NCBI RefSeq assembly: GCF_023055435.1
Contig: NW_025963890.1
Coordinates: 36,270,001 to 36,334,000, forward strand
Reading direction: 5' to 3'
Source of the DNA: Haliotis rufescens
Lineage: Eukaryota
Length of the DNA: 64,000 nt
The notes under the pieces were generated by a model. It was not told where the DNA came from and made no database searches. It saw only the letters and a program-made list of their open reading frames with translations. The position numbers and the translations under genes are program-made. How positions within the stretch are numbered: position 1 is the first letter of the stretch; the number at the start of each line of letters is the position of its first letter. This document shows, piece after piece, positions 25,701 to 39,921 of this stretch.

Positions 25701-27634
25701 CCTCCCTTACACTAAGTCATGTGGAGTAAAGCGTTGTTAAAGTCGACTACCCCCCGTCTATGTACTTGGTCTAACAACTGTAAACATTTGTAGGATCTCT
25801 CACAACATGCCTTGGATTCCCTGAATCAAGGAGGTAGTACTACCGGCTAGCTTTTACCTTGGCTCAGTTGCCACAGGTGACATCGGGCAAAATTTAATCT
25901 TATATTTTTTTAAACAAACTATCTACAATGTAAATGTGTTGGACATCATTTGAAAGAGCATGAAAAATGCTTTCAAACACATATCCAGTTTGATATTTAA
26001 GAATGAATTTATATTGTTCAAACAAAACAAAACACAAGCTTAATTCTCAAATGGTATACAACTTACATAAGGAAGTAATAAAAATTATTAAGAAACTATA
26101 TAATACTTTCTCATTTGGTTTTACTTACAAACAACACAAAACTACAACAATCTTATTTAATATTTACACACAACTAAACCATCAAAAAGCTGGTTTTCAG
26201 AAGTAATTTTTTCGCACATGCAGATGTTTTTACCAGAAAAATATTTACCCACAAATAAAACTGACATGGTTTAATCCATTTAAGTTTTTCTAAGACAAGT
26301 AGGAATCCCCCATACAGAGACAATCTGCACAGGTATTCTCATTTATACCTGTGAAGATCAGAGTCTTATCAACTAATCATATTCCAGGTAAAAGTCCAAC
26401 TAAAGGTTTTTCAGACAAAGCAAGTTTAAATGTCATATTCTCCAAGAAGCATTGGTATTATGGGGAATAATGTATATATTAGTTTTATGAATTTTCTCCT
26501 TCATATTTTCAATCTTCTTCATTTTGAGGATGTAAAATCTATATTTCTGTTTTTTCGACCAATGCCTCTTTTTTGACTAACTTGTCTCGTCTCATGGAAT
26601 GTCGCGCTGAGGTGTCCACAAGTCTCTGTTTACCCATCCACTTTATTACATAAATGAAAAACTTTGGTGAATTCATTATTCAAAAATTAAATTGTGAAAT
26701 TCCAATATTTTCATTTCAACTTAGATTCCTACAGTTCAATTTGCTATGAACTTAAATAAGCAATAATATATTATTTCAAATCCTGAAACCCCATTCAGAC
26801 GCCTATGACAACTGAAATACACCTTTCATGTTTCCCACACAAATTCTCTCCAAAAGGTTATCTCAATTCTGTGTAAATGAGCATCCATTATCTCCAAGTT
26901 TGTAATCTCCATGTTGGGACCTGGAGCAAGGTTTGGACAGCTACACACTCAAGAAGGGGATGGTCTGCACATCGCTACTAGCCTGTAGTTCCAGATACCC
27001 GAGTTGAGAGATTGTGACAATCACTAGAGTTTGAAACACCTGTCAAACCTTGCTCATGCTCATTTGGTTGTAGGCTCTCACTGCTCAGTGTTGATTCAAT
27101 AGATGTATTTCTGCTCACTAACATCCAGTTACAATGAATGGTTCCTGGGTATACATTATTGGGGTTTAAGGGCATATTTACAATAGAATGGGAATATATA
27201 TGCAAATGGTCTGATATGCGGGTTGAACATTGTCCATGGAAATACATTATGCATCAGTAACCTGAATGGGATTTTACAGAATTTTGTGGATGTGATACAG
27301 AAATTGTTTACATTCATATGATAATGAATACAAAATTCTTTCAATATCTGAACTTTTCAGACGCTTTTCAGAAGGACCTTTGAATGTATGGATATATTTT
27401 CCTGGGCTAGACTTAATACAAGTCTTATGCAGAGATAAAAAAACAAATACACCAGCCCTTTTTATTATGTCATTTCATCGAAAGCTTTTCATCATTTGTA
27501 CCTTTCTTGCCCAGAACCAGACCACAGATACAATAACACATAGTTTCTTTTTGTAGTCACTGAGCAAGTAAATAACAGTGAGATGGTGTGAGAAAGCCTA
27601 AATGTAGACATCAGATGATCCTAAGACCAATGCA

Positions 27635-27902
27635 GTGAGGTGAGGTGAGGTGACTTGTACTAGTCCGGACTAATGCCAATTTCATAGTGCTAGGTCATTA
27701 AGATACCATGCACAGTTTAACATGAATACCCCACTCAGACACGGTATACTGATTCCGAGCCAACCAGTCTTTGTTTTAGCCCCTAAATGCCAAGTGCCAG
27801 ACAGGGTAACAACAAGTACCATATTTTAATGTACTTTGGTATGACGCGGCCGGGGATGGAACCTCCAACCTTGCGCTCTACCACTATGCCAGGGAGGCGG
27901 TG
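27635..27902 (-). mobile_element. SINE family C
   Basis: Near full-length, with a (GTGAG)n tail on the plus strand. Confidence 0.85.
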
Positions 27903-30900
27903 CCAATACAGTGAAGTTCCATACATGTCTCAGCATCCACTGACCACAGCATTGACCTCTCTGAAACGTACAACTGTGCGCAACCTTACTTGAACTTTGA
28001 AAGTCAGGAGTCGGGTGAAATCAACAACAGTCAAAGTCAAATCTATTAATCTACTGGGAACAAATGCTACCAATTGAGATGAACCTACAGAAATCAAACA
28101 TCAACCATTATCATGCCCTTACAAAGTGATTAGAGGGAATTAATTGTTTCCTTTTATGGCTGGATAAATTCTAGTCTTGTTGAATGTCAATACAACACCT
28201 GTCATGACAGATCCTGTGGGCATCCTGATGACTTTGCAAACAATTGTTGAAATGGTTGCCATGGTGGACATTGAAGGCTAGAGGTATTCTGTCACGCAAT
28301 TACGCCTGAATATGTCAGGCCATTCAAAAGGAATAATCACTATTTAGATGCTGCTTTCAACGCTGGACAATGACTAGTACTATAATCCAACTATGATTCT
28401 GAAACCATTCAATAAAAAAGACATTTAAAGACTATTTTGCAATTACATCAAAGTTTGTGATAGCATATAAAACTTAAAAACATATACATGTAGTTTATGT
28501 TGGTTATGTTACTATTTGGCCTGAAAACACACTCAGTTGGATTATGAAAACATTTCTTTGATCAAGGGCTCAGTAAAGATTTCAAAAAGGTTTATGGTAG
28601 ACATAGGGAGGACATTTCCAAATTTGATGCATTGAGTGACAAAAATGATGTCCGATGCAATTCCCTTTTTTGACTTGTACCACATCTTCCTGTATTTCTT
28701 ACAGGTTAATAGTTGTCTTGCCTTTGCATGTGTTTGTGATGGGTGTCACTGATGGGGCAGGACATGATCACCTATTTTCAAACACCTGGTATCATCACTA
28801 ATTGATAGTAATTAATATATACATGCTCAAGATATAGTCGGAATCATACAATGAATATGACAAGGGTTTTGTGGCTTTAATTCATTAAACATTTCAATTC
28901 TACTGAAAGTGTTTTTATGGCTCTGTTATGAATGCTTTGATAGGAAAATTAATGAATGACCATTGAATTTATGATGATGAGACTACATCGTCTTGATGGC
29001 GTTAATGTGGAAGCAAAGACGACATCAAACACGTGACACAACATACATCATCAGAAGAGTCATCAGGATCAAAGGCCAACACAGTCTCTTGAAGACAGAT
29101 ATAAATAACATAATAAATGTTAATGTAGCTTCCACAAGTGTATTCCCTGATTTATATGTCGCATAGATGACGTAACATTCCCCCCCCAAGACCCAGCTTG
29201 CACAAACAAGTATCAATCATCGCGATATGAGTAGCAGCCAAGTGTGTATGGGAAATATACACCCAGCTTATAAATGACGCTATTTCTTCACATCAACTTC
29301 ATAACGTGAGCAAACTGATCTTATATGGTTTAAAGTTTCAGTTCAAGTTTGTGTAACTTGTAAAGTCAAGGATCTAACTAGTTGGAATTGTATATTCCCT
29401 CTATGGTGCTTGTAAGACATGTAATGAGTCACGCCTTATGGATAAGATGTTAATTCTTATGGGAAAATCTTCATATAGATTACACCTAAATATCTTCATA
29501 ACAATTTTTCAGCAACCAACACATGTAACCTAATACATGTATCTCTCCAGTTCATCAATTCCAAATCTAAAATATCTTGACGCCATTCATTTCGCAGTGC
29601 TAGCAAAGTCGTTCAAAATCCATTTTTGGTTTCTTCTAACTCAATTTGTTTACATAGATGAATCTTGTAGACATTTGGTTTTTTAATGTTTGAGTACAAG
29701 CATGTGTGTATAATGAAATCAAATTGAAATTGGTACTTTTGAAAATACATCTCTTACAGCATACAAGGCACTGCAGGAATTTGTAAACATTTGGCATCAG
29801 ACCTGACAAGAGACGCTTGTTCTGTGAAACTGACGAGCTAAACATGTGTATGTGTATATTGCAGGCCTGGTGACGTGCTGTCACAGCCGTACATGTCCAG
29901 CATGTCTTCAGTCATGTATATATCAGCCATGTATATGTCAGCCTCTGTCAGTCATCTAGATCTACTCATTGTGACTGCCGGTGGTGTCAATCACCAGGTA
30001 TATAAAGCCCAATGTACAACCAATCTTATGCAGCAATTACACAAAATAGCGACAATGTTGAAGAAAGTCGATATTGACACACAAGGTCTAAGAAGCTAGT
30101 TGAGAAGTTTTGCCTTTTCCAGAGCCACAAAGACAATTCCTCAAGTCAGTCCTAGCACTAAGCCTGTCATACAAAGGTAACTAAAAACAGACATAGTAGC
30201 AGTCGACACAAAATTACTTCAAATCTTTCAAACAACTTGTTTGGGCTCATAACCAAATTTTTATAATACATGTCAATCTAACAGTTCTGGAATACACTAT
30301 TATAATTACAGTATGGTCTCTAGACAAGGTACCAGCTACAATGTCGAGCACTTTCTAAAAATGAGCATCACACATCCTTACACAGACTGATGATAGTCCT
30401 AAAGCTAGAACCCTTTGTAAAACTGAACCCCCATCTATGAGAAACTATGCTGAGTCTCATCAGTAATGCTATCCCCCGTTGTCACATGTAATACACAATC
30501 ATCAAATGGCATATTTGATCATCTTTAAGAAACATAATTGACCCTAATAGAAGTGCAGACACATTATACTCAAGAGTACAAAGAGGTTAAATTCTCATTA
30601 ATAGAATTGCACAAGAAAAGCTCTAAACTAAATGGCAGGGAGATGTAAAATGTACACTGGTACACAGCCTCCACACCAACCAATGTGTCCCCAGGAGTTG
30701 ATGTCAGTGTAATGACAGTTGTTAATGTATTGTTATGACATTCCTGCAATGTGTGAGGCTGCTCAGATGACTACACCCACATTTATTGCCTTTTCATGGA
30801 CTTGTCCTGGGGCGAGTCTTCTTATGCAACAAACAGTCCAAGATTAGCACACCAGCTTACTAATGGTCATTGTCTTCAGGCTAGAACTCTGCCTCAGGGA

Positions 30901-31196
30901 TTGGTATTTTCAAGAAAACAAATTGGATGTTTACTGTGCCTGATATAGGGTTAATATCAACTACCAAAGGCCTTCAGTACATACAAGCCACATGTCTCAG
31001 AATAATTTCATCTAGACTAGCAATAGAGCCAGTCAGCCTTAGATGTGGAATGCTATTGTAAGAACATGAACAAGTTTGCATGTCATAATGGGAGAATTAT
31101 TTATAGGCAATTCTTTATTAGTTCCTTTGTGGAGAGGTCAAACATTTTAACAGATAAACAGAAATTTTGATAACAGATTTTTCTTCTTCCCATATA

Positions 31197-31531
31197 CCGT
31201 ATTCGACGTAATAAGCGCCCTGCTCTAATAAGCGCCCACGGCGATATTTGCTAATATACTGGCTAGTGAACAATCCCAATTAGCACCCCTTCCGATTGAT
31301 CAATGTACACAAGACTTATTTATTTGCGTATGATACGCACTCGTGTGTTATATGCAACCTTTATTATGGGCACTTAAATTCTGGAAAATATATCTGTCGT
31401 ACATGAACATTCAGCATAAACCACGAAATTTATCTTTAAACTCTGTTTTTTTTCACCAAAATAATATTCTATTAAGAGCCCCCTATTTCTAATTTTGAGA
31501 GCGCCCTGGGCACGCATTACGTCGAATATGG
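31197..31531. mobile_element. pogo/Tigger-like MITE
   Basis: ta|CCGTATTCGACGTAATAAGCGCCC ... GGGCACGCATTACGTCGAATATGG inverted termini, with an internal repeat of TAATAAGCGCCC. Confidence 0.8.
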
Positions 31532-33792
31532 CAGTCAGTTATTAATTTCAGTAATACAAAACTTACAAAATGTCAATATAAAATGTGTTGGAAGACTCAC
31601 TATACCAAACATTAATTTTTTGTTTATTTCATTCGACAGATGATTCTTTGAAGGAATCACTTAAAACTAACCATGTTTATTAAATTTTAACATCTACACG
31701 CAACATAGTGATTAAATACAAAACGTCATGGCAGAATATAACCAATCTTGATTATCCAACAAAACAGATTCCATTGGGCATAAAAGGCAAATTAGAGGTG
31801 AAAAGAACATATCTTTCCATAATTTCTTGAATATATCATGCACACTTTTTTAAAGCTGTGTAGAGGAGTGCATATTATGCAACCAGATAATGAGTATATA
31901 TTTTTTCTATATTTTAATTATCTAGATTTTCTCTTTACTTGTAAACTTGTTCAAACATGTAGCAGCTCCAGGAAGAAATCGTTGATGATGCTATGTGAGA
32001 TCCATCAACACCATTAGCAAGACTGACAAGAAGTCAATATAAATCAATCGAAATACCGGTAGCATTTATGTGATAATTACAGGTGGGATCAATAATCAAT
32101 TTGGACACTGCAGTCAGATGATTGTGTCTTAGTCAGGTGAGCTCCACCAAGACTCTGGCATTTGTGCAAGACTCTCCATAAAGCCCTGGTGGTGTGGCTG
32201 TCGATGACACGACACTTAGGACCTGCCTGTTACCCTGCCTGTCCTTCCTTTGAAATCAACAAGCTATTGACGTGAAGAAACAAAGGATAAACCTCTTAGC
32301 CTTGTATCACCCTTCTGACACACTTGTAGCAAAGAAGGAAAAACTACACCATTTTCTGTGGTATAGTTGACTGTTTTGGACCGAGTTCACTCAGTTACTG
32401 TTTCAAATGGAAACGAAACTGTTATCAACAAATTTCTAGATTCACATGCCACAAATGAAATAACTGTTAAACAGCATGCTCTGTCAACAATCATAGTATC
32501 TATCAGTATGAAATGTCCAAGCTGTCAAAATGAAAATATAGTAACAACTTTTCCAATTATATAATAAATCAGCTTAACATTCTTGATGATAACACAGAGA
32601 TGCCACTCCCAATTCACTTATGGAATATCAAGGATCCTTGAGGTCTAAGCTATGGAATTTAAAAAACAAATTAGTATAACTGACAGTATGATATTGATAC
32701 AAATAAACAAAATGTATTATTATTGCATTTTAACACCCAAACTCCTTAGAATCTTTTCCCTTCATTGGACTGCTTCACCCCAAAACAACAACATCGACAA
32801 CTACTGCATGATGACACTGGACTGCCTCGATGCATGTCTTGTTTAATTTGCAAATACTGAAGAGCTAACGTTCGAAACTAAATATTTCTCAACAGTTATT
32901 TGTGTGACCCTGGAACAAACTTTGAAGCTGAAGAATTCCGGCTGCAGTAGACTTGAAATACCTGACCATTTACTGTGCGGGAGAAGTGCAACTTTTAACA
33001 AATGATGGACGTGACACTGGCAATTATGATATTGACATCACATGACATCGTGTTGGATGGCAGGAAAATGAAGAATTTTTGGATAAATCAAAAGGTTTGA
33101 TTTGAATGCTGTTTTTATAGTGATGTATTTCAAAGGAATATTTACTGTTGATACGTTATTGTGACACATGACTCTGGTTCTTTGACACTGATGTGATAAT
33201 GACATGCATGACAGGTTTCACATATTGTGAAATGTACATCGCCCGAGAAGGCCATGCATCATGAACAAACTGTCATGTTGATTGATAGCCATTGCTTGAA
33301 AAGATTCTCAAAAAGCGTACATATATTTTGTCATCTAGTTAACACAAAACAAGAACAGGACTTAAAAATTCATTCTTTTTTCAAAATGTTGAATAAGTAA
33401 ATTACTCTGAAATAGACAAAATGTGCTCTTCCTTGCATCATTAACACCAACAATCCTTCCAGCAATCCATTCCCTTTATCATCTGACTCAAGTATACTCA
33501 CATTAACCAGAATGAGAAGAAAATTGTCAATTTCCAACATGTTGAAATCCCTACCAGCTGAGCATAGTGAACCTACTTACATACAAGTGAAAGACAAGGC
33601 CTACTGGTCGTCAATATCAAGTAGTTACAGGTGGAAGCTTAGACCACTGTAAGAATATCTAGTGGACATGTGGTCCTGTGAATAATTCAACAGCTGATTA
33701 ATTAACAAAGGTAGGTAAACTTCGATGGAGGTGTGACCAGGCCACAAAGGCTAGACTGATTCTATAATAAAGGTAGCTTATCAATGACTCAC

Positions 33793-33853
33793 CGTGTGGA
33801 TTCGAAGTTACTGGCTTCAGTATGAGGACAGCTTGTGAGGAGTAAGTCTCCAT
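33793..33853 (-). CDS. Candidate alternative first coding exon, METYSSQAVLILKPVTSNPH
   Basis: caaaATGG start context, 61 nt (20 codons + 1), donor CACG|gtgagt in phase 1 matching the 13659 acceptor. A CpG-richer segment lies just upstream (about 33930-34130). Confidence 0.65.
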
Positions 33854-35267
33854 TTTGGCAGTGGCTTGCATTCAGTTTGTTATTCCCCACATGAAAATCC
33901 TTCACAAACTGTCACCTGTTTGCCATTAAAGTCGCTGCGTGGGCTTTGAGTTATCTACCTGCAATGCCGTTTCACAACTTGCCGCTCATGGGCCAGCGAG
34001 CAGGCAGGACTGTCCCCGAGTTTGCCAATCAGACGGGAGAGCGACTTTTACCCAGCAACTCGAAGGAAGGGAAACAATGCCTGGATATACTTGAAGAAGG
34101 GGTCGCGGTAGAGAAGAGGAGGAATGCGACACTATGGAATAACATTGTCGTTAAATTACAAGTTCTTAAAATGCAATCAGCCGTTCAGTTACTGAAGAGG
34201 CTGGGCTATGAATGCTGTGCAACAAAGAATCAGTTGGGGGTAGTTTCCCCAGCTTATTTTTGTCACGGTCAATTGTAAACACAAATGGAGTTATGAAAAC
34301 ATTTCTGTGTCAATTTAGATCGTCCACTTTGGCTGGTCAGACAAATTCTATGTCTTCATGTCAACAGGGGACACATTGAGACAAACATGCTGCTTGTAAG
34401 ATGACTGGCTGGGACCTAAAGTTAAATAATGCTAAATTAGACCAAATTTGATTTCCAAATACCCTGCAGTTGATTCAATATCATGTGAATTTGAAAAATC
34501 AGTTATACCCTGGATCCACAATGTAAAACCCCAAACACACTCATACCAAGAATAACAGAAATAGAGTCTGATTTGTTTTACGAAGTATCAAATTCTTATT
34601 TGGCTTAAAATGATTCATGAGCAAATTATTGTCGACAAACAAGGTGCATTGATGTTTTGATCTATATTAATACAACAAATTTACTGCCATTGAAATAAGT
34701 TGATATGAACAAAGGTATATTTTCAGCTTCTCAAATAAACACTAACCTTTAATTAAAAACTCCACAAAACATTTTTTTACACTTGTTATAATTTCTCAAA
34801 TGTGGTATAAAATTTGAATATAAGAGTCTTTTCTTTCTTCCAGTTGTGTCTCTTAACACATTTCAGTATGAAGTACTTCAAATTCGATTGATAAGGGTAG
34901 ACCTGTCATGATCATTTAAAGAAACATACACTTCAACAGCATGATGCCATCATTTCCCTGTTATTTTTCCATTTCATTGTTTATGTTTTTTTATTTGGAA
35001 AGAAATAAAATACTTTTTTTATTCTTATACACACAACGTTAGTCACCAATATGTCTTATACCCATTTCATGAGTAAATAAATTATTCAATAGTTCAGACA
35101 ATCAATTGGGTTTTGGGTCTTATGGATATATAAGCCTACACTAAATTTGCACACAAAAATATTGAAACTTTTTATTGCAGACCAAAAACTGCATGTTTTT
35201 TTAAAGAATGAGTGAGTTGGTTTTAATGCAGCTTTGATGTGGTAGGAAAGCCATAAGTGATGGAAGT

Positions 35268-35316
35268 TATTATTATTATTATTATTATTATTATCATCAT
35301 TATTATTATTATCATC
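35268..35316. repeat. (ATT)n/(ATC)n microsatellite
   Basis: Read directly from the sequence. A second (ATT)n tract lies at about 58928-58955. Confidence 0.85.
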
Positions 35317-35933
35317 ACTGTAACTGATCTAAGTAAACAAAGTATCTATTGATAAACATTTGATGGATCTCAAGTATCAACATATGGTCTTAGTAAGGTA
35401 AACCAAGTCACCAAAAAGATTTGGCCAATGTAAACATCATTATAGCAAAAAATTAGAACAAGGAATGGCCTTGTCATAACCCATCCACAAACACAATGAT
35501 AGTAATAATCACAACATAAACTTTGTTATCAGAACCTTAATATTTTCATCTTCTCAATAGTCCAGTTAATCTCTGCCAACTCATATTGACCTGACCCGTC
35601 GGGCTTGCAAGAAGTAAATATATATAAAGCTACTATAGACTGAAGTTTATTGTGACATCTTTTGTAGCATTTCAATGAGTGAATGAAAGCATAAAGTCCA
35701 TGAACAGTTGCCTATGCCCAACACAATGCGGCTTTGAGAGTGCCCACAAGCTTGACGAAACAAGTATTTCAGAGTAGGGTTAATTCATGTCATATGTTTG
35801 TGTTGCAGTGGTAAAATACTTTCAACATTACTCATCAAGGGGAGGACTTGGATTTTATGCTGCTTGCATCACTATTCCAGTCCCAGTCTATACAGGTGGT
35901 GGAGATGAAGTTTGGGCTTCACTTACTGTACTC

Positions 35934-36439
35934 CATCTTCATGAGGCAAGGGAGTTAACTGACTTTAAAAGTCAAGTTTCCACCCTTGCCAAATGAGGCT
36001 GGTATTATGGAGTTATAGTTTGGCTGGACAAACAAGACTATGCCCAGTCCAATCAAAATCACTTAGGAAATCAAAATCCGGTTCGTAAACTGTCATGCAG
36101 ATTTTGTTCGATTGCAGGATTTGCAAGGCTCGGTTAACTCGGTGTCAACAGATATTTTAAAAATCTTTTCATGTTTTTAATCAAGGTTTACACGTGATTT
36201 GATGCACTTTGCGATGTAAGACCCGTTTTATCACAATATAGATCTTGATTATTGGTCAGATCGTTTTGTCTGAGTGCTGCCATTTTGTTTGAAGCAAATG
36301 CTAGTGATACAAGAGGCAGAATCTGATTGGTCAATAACCAGTGGTGGCGCTATGATCAAGCCCAGAAAGTCCAGCCTAGTTCGGCAAGGGTGGAAACTGG
36401 ACTTTTACAGTCAGTTAACTCCCTTGCCCCGGGAAGATG
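35934..36439. mobile_element. Non-autonomous DNA transposon with about 70-bp TIRs and a 9-bp TSD, nested in a family-A SINE
   Basis: CATCTTC..GGCAAGGGAGTTAACTGACT.TAAAAGTC.AGTTTCCACCCTTGCC is mirrored at the right end. The TSD ACTGTACTC is at 35925-35933 and 36440-36448. Confidence 0.9.
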
Positions 36440-36739
36440 ACTGTACTCATGTTGGGAATCAAACCTTGGCCTTAGGTGTGATGAACAAACACAAGGCTAC
36501 CCACTGCTCCAGTTATAAACTTGAATGAGTTTTGTTTAATGCTGCTTTGAATGTATTTCGGTCATATCACGATGTGTCAGTTTGTGGAGAAAGTCTTGCA
36601 GTGAGTGCTGGTCTTAGACACTTAATGACCACTTGAACAAACGAGGACAGGTATGAATCAAGAAGCAGGGAAATTGAAATGCATACCAGATGCAACTGTG
36701 CACTTGGAATGCAGTAACTTACATGGCTAGGTCACCCAC

Positions 36740-36764
36740 CTGTTCTCCACTGGTCATATGACAT
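36740..36764 (-). CDS. Weaker candidate N-terminal exon, MSYDQWRT
   Basis: 25 nt, donor ACAG|gtgggt in phase 1. Possible acceptor ctttcttgctatcag at 36787 and a possible upstream non-coding donor CCAG|gtaagc at 36925/36924. Confidence 0.3.
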
Positions 36765-38207
36765 GAGCTGTGTCAACTTTATCCTTCTGATAGCAAGAAA
36801 GTAAGGTATAATAACAAGCAGTTCTTTTCAATAATGTTTCTTAAAACTTGAATTTGAGTGGATAAATATGTACATGTTATCTTCAGACAATAACTAAATG
36901 GGCAGTGTTCCTTTGTTAGCTTACCTGGTATGAAGTTATGAAATGTTTCTCATTTACCCACTTTCCATATTAATGATGGGAACTAATACTCAGATATCAT
37001 TCTGTGAATTCAAACAGTTTGACATCTTCCATCTATTTGAGTAATTTGAAAACAAAAAGGCCTGATTTATTCCAAAGATAATAAGGATTTTACATCTCTA
37101 AATAATGACACAAATCATAAAAAAACATCTTCAGAATGACATTTCCATCAAGAGTAATAGAAATGATAGGAATTGAGGATGCCGTTGTACATCACTGTCA
37201 TGTTTATATCATATCTCAGCATATCCATCTATGATATGACAGCATAACACGGACATGTTCCATACAGCCTGTCACAGCAGTGCAGGGCACACCCAGTTCT
37301 CCTGTAGACAAATGTATGTATAGATGAAACACCACCTGTATCACCATACATCAAAGGTGAAAGCATCTCTTCGTGAGACATGTTTGTCAGGGTGCTTAGT
37401 GACACATGAGTAGTGAATACTTGCATGCTGAAGATGTTCTGAATGAACAGACGGGGGTGTTTCTGAATTGATATTTCTAACAGGGTGAATCAACAGTTAA
37501 ACCTTGTCTGTTTCAATACATGTCTTGCCTCTTTCAATATAGGTCTTGTCTATTTCAGTTGAGGTCGTGTCTATTTCACATTCGGGTGGTGTGGCAGGAC
37601 CCAAACAGGACTGGGAACGTTTAATTTAGATTGGGCGTATGTAATAGGATTGTCCCTCGGAAGAGCAGTTGCTTATTCATGTATTGTCAATTCCCTGTAA
37701 AACATGGAGTGACATGAACATCCCTTACTTATTTCCAAGAACTGTCACTTTCTGGGGAGATGTGTTACCTTGTTTATGCCTTATCAGTTTATTTATGACA
37801 CAGGGGAACTTGTGAACATCACTTACAGACAATGAATCAAGGTGTAGAATACCCTATTACTCTGTGGATTAGTATTATCCCTTTGGTATTATCACTAATT
37901 CATAGTGCTCCATAAACACATGCTCATGATGTAGTCAGAATCGTACAACTGACTTTTTGGCAGCTAAAGGTTTCTTATGACTACAGACAGGGTTTTGATG
38001 CTTTTATTTACATGTCTGAAACTTTGTGATATCTGAGACCAGTTAGAAGGTGATTTAGATCCAATTTACATCAAGGACTAAATTTTTTATTGAGTGATAT
38101 GTTTCCCCACCAGAAATAGACAAGTATAAACATAAACACTCATGCATTGGTGCTGTAGACAACAGCAATAGACATGGCTTCAGGGGAAATAGACATCACT
38201 CCCAGCT

Positions 38208-38759
38208 AGACAGACAAAGTGGAGCTAATGCGATCAACACAGACAGCCGGCTTCTAGCCCTGATCCATAGAAAGACATGGTGGAACCAAAGCGATCAACA
38301 CGGACAGCCGGCTTCTAGCCCTGATCCGCAGACAGACATATTGGAACCAAAGCCATCAACACAGACAGCCGGCTTCTAGCCCTGATCCATAGAAAGACAT
38401 GGTGGAACCAAAGCCATCAACCCAGACAGCCGGCTTCTAGCCCTGATCCACAGACAAACATGGTGGAACTAAAGCGATCAACACGGACAGCCGGCTTCTA
38501 GCCCTGATCCACAGACAAACATGGTGGAACTAAAGCGATCAACACGGACAGCCGGCTTCTAGCCCTGATCCACAGACAGACATGGTGGAACTAAAGCCAT
38601 CAACACAGACAGCCGGCTTCTAGCCCTGATCCACAGACAGACATGGTGGAACCAAAGCGATCAACACAGACAGCCTGCTCCTAGCCCTGATCCACAGACA
38701 GACATGGTGGAACTAAAGCGATCAACACGGACAGCCGGCTTCTAGCCCTGATCCATAGA
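38208..38759. repeat. Minisatellite, 61-bp unit, about 9 copies
   Basis: GC(G/C)ATCAAC recurs at 38230, 38291, 38352 ... 38718 (period 61). Confidence 0.95.
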
Positions 38760-39168
38760 TATTCAACCTTAAGATAAGAACAACATAAATCAGTGTTGCA
38801 ATAGACACCAGGAACATTCCATTGTCAATCATTAGCTACACATGCTATTTTCAGTGTCTTGACATTATTTGACACTGATTGAAGACTAGTAATTAGAACC
38901 GTTTGCAATCAAACATAAATCAAACAATTGTCTAAAAAGACTCTTGTATATCCTTGTTAGTTAATAACCTCAACAATTTCAACAACAATACTCTTGTTAA
39001 TGAAACAAATGTTTAAAACTTCAACCATTGCTTACAGAAGTCGTAAAGCATGACAATACAGGCTAATTCCCTGTATCCTATACATGTAAGTCAATACTTG
39101 CTTCATACCATATATAAATCAATAGAAATGTATATACAATTCAAAACCCCATTTCCAGACAAACTTAC

Positions 39169-39181
39169 CAAGCTGCGACAT
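39169..39181 (-). CDS. Candidate alternative first coding exon, MSQL
   Basis: ATG TCG CAG CTT G|gtaagt, phase 1. In-frame stop upstream. GC/CpG-richer segment at about 39300-39390. Confidence 0.55.
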
Positions 39182-39696
39182 TCTGAGCAAAATAATCCTG
39201 TCCCGCTTCACTCCAAGCCTTAGCACATCTGAGTTTAACCTTCACTGAACATGTCTCCTGTTATCGTGCACATCTATATTTCATGTTATTTGTACAGTGT
39301 GGGAGACGCTCTGGCATTGTCCCAAAACCCGTTACCCCTCTTCTGTTCACTGCCTAGGTATGTAAGCGGGCCGGATCTCCCCGCGATAAGAGCACATACA
39401 CAAGGAGATATACTGTAAATTCTCACTGGAGTAAGTTGACAAGGTACTGTCAGGAACGACCTTGTTCCAATACTGTCAGGTTGTACTGATGAGATATTAA
39501 CAAGGGAAGGTATTGATGACTTGCTGCAACCAAATACCTAGTTATTGATGTACAGGGTACTGCAGGTTGAAGGCTTCATGATGAATATATGACTGTTATG
39601 AACAGAATTGTACTGAATAGATATGTTATGATGATATATATAATTCATTTCTAGTAGTATACATGGGTACCTGGTAGGATTTATACATAGTGTTTC

Positions 39697-39921
39697 ATGA
39701 CCACACTCAGCAATATTCCAGCTATATGGCGATGGAATCTGTAAATAATCGAGTCTGGACAAGACAATCCAGTGATTGACATCATAAACATCGATCTACG
39801 CATTTGGGATACGATGACATGCTTCAACCAAGTCAGCGAGCCTGACTACCCTATTCCATTAGTTGCTTCTTCCGACAAGCATGGGCTGCTGAAGACCTAT
39901 TCTCTACCCTGATCTTCACAG
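39697..39921 (-). mobile_element. SINE family B
   Basis: Reverse complement of the 4175 and 22468 copies. Confidence 0.85.

Noticed and set aside
35927-35942. MKMEY followed by A|gtaagt, a phase-1 micro-ORF
   Set aside because: It lies across a transposon/SINE junction and is probably fortuitous.
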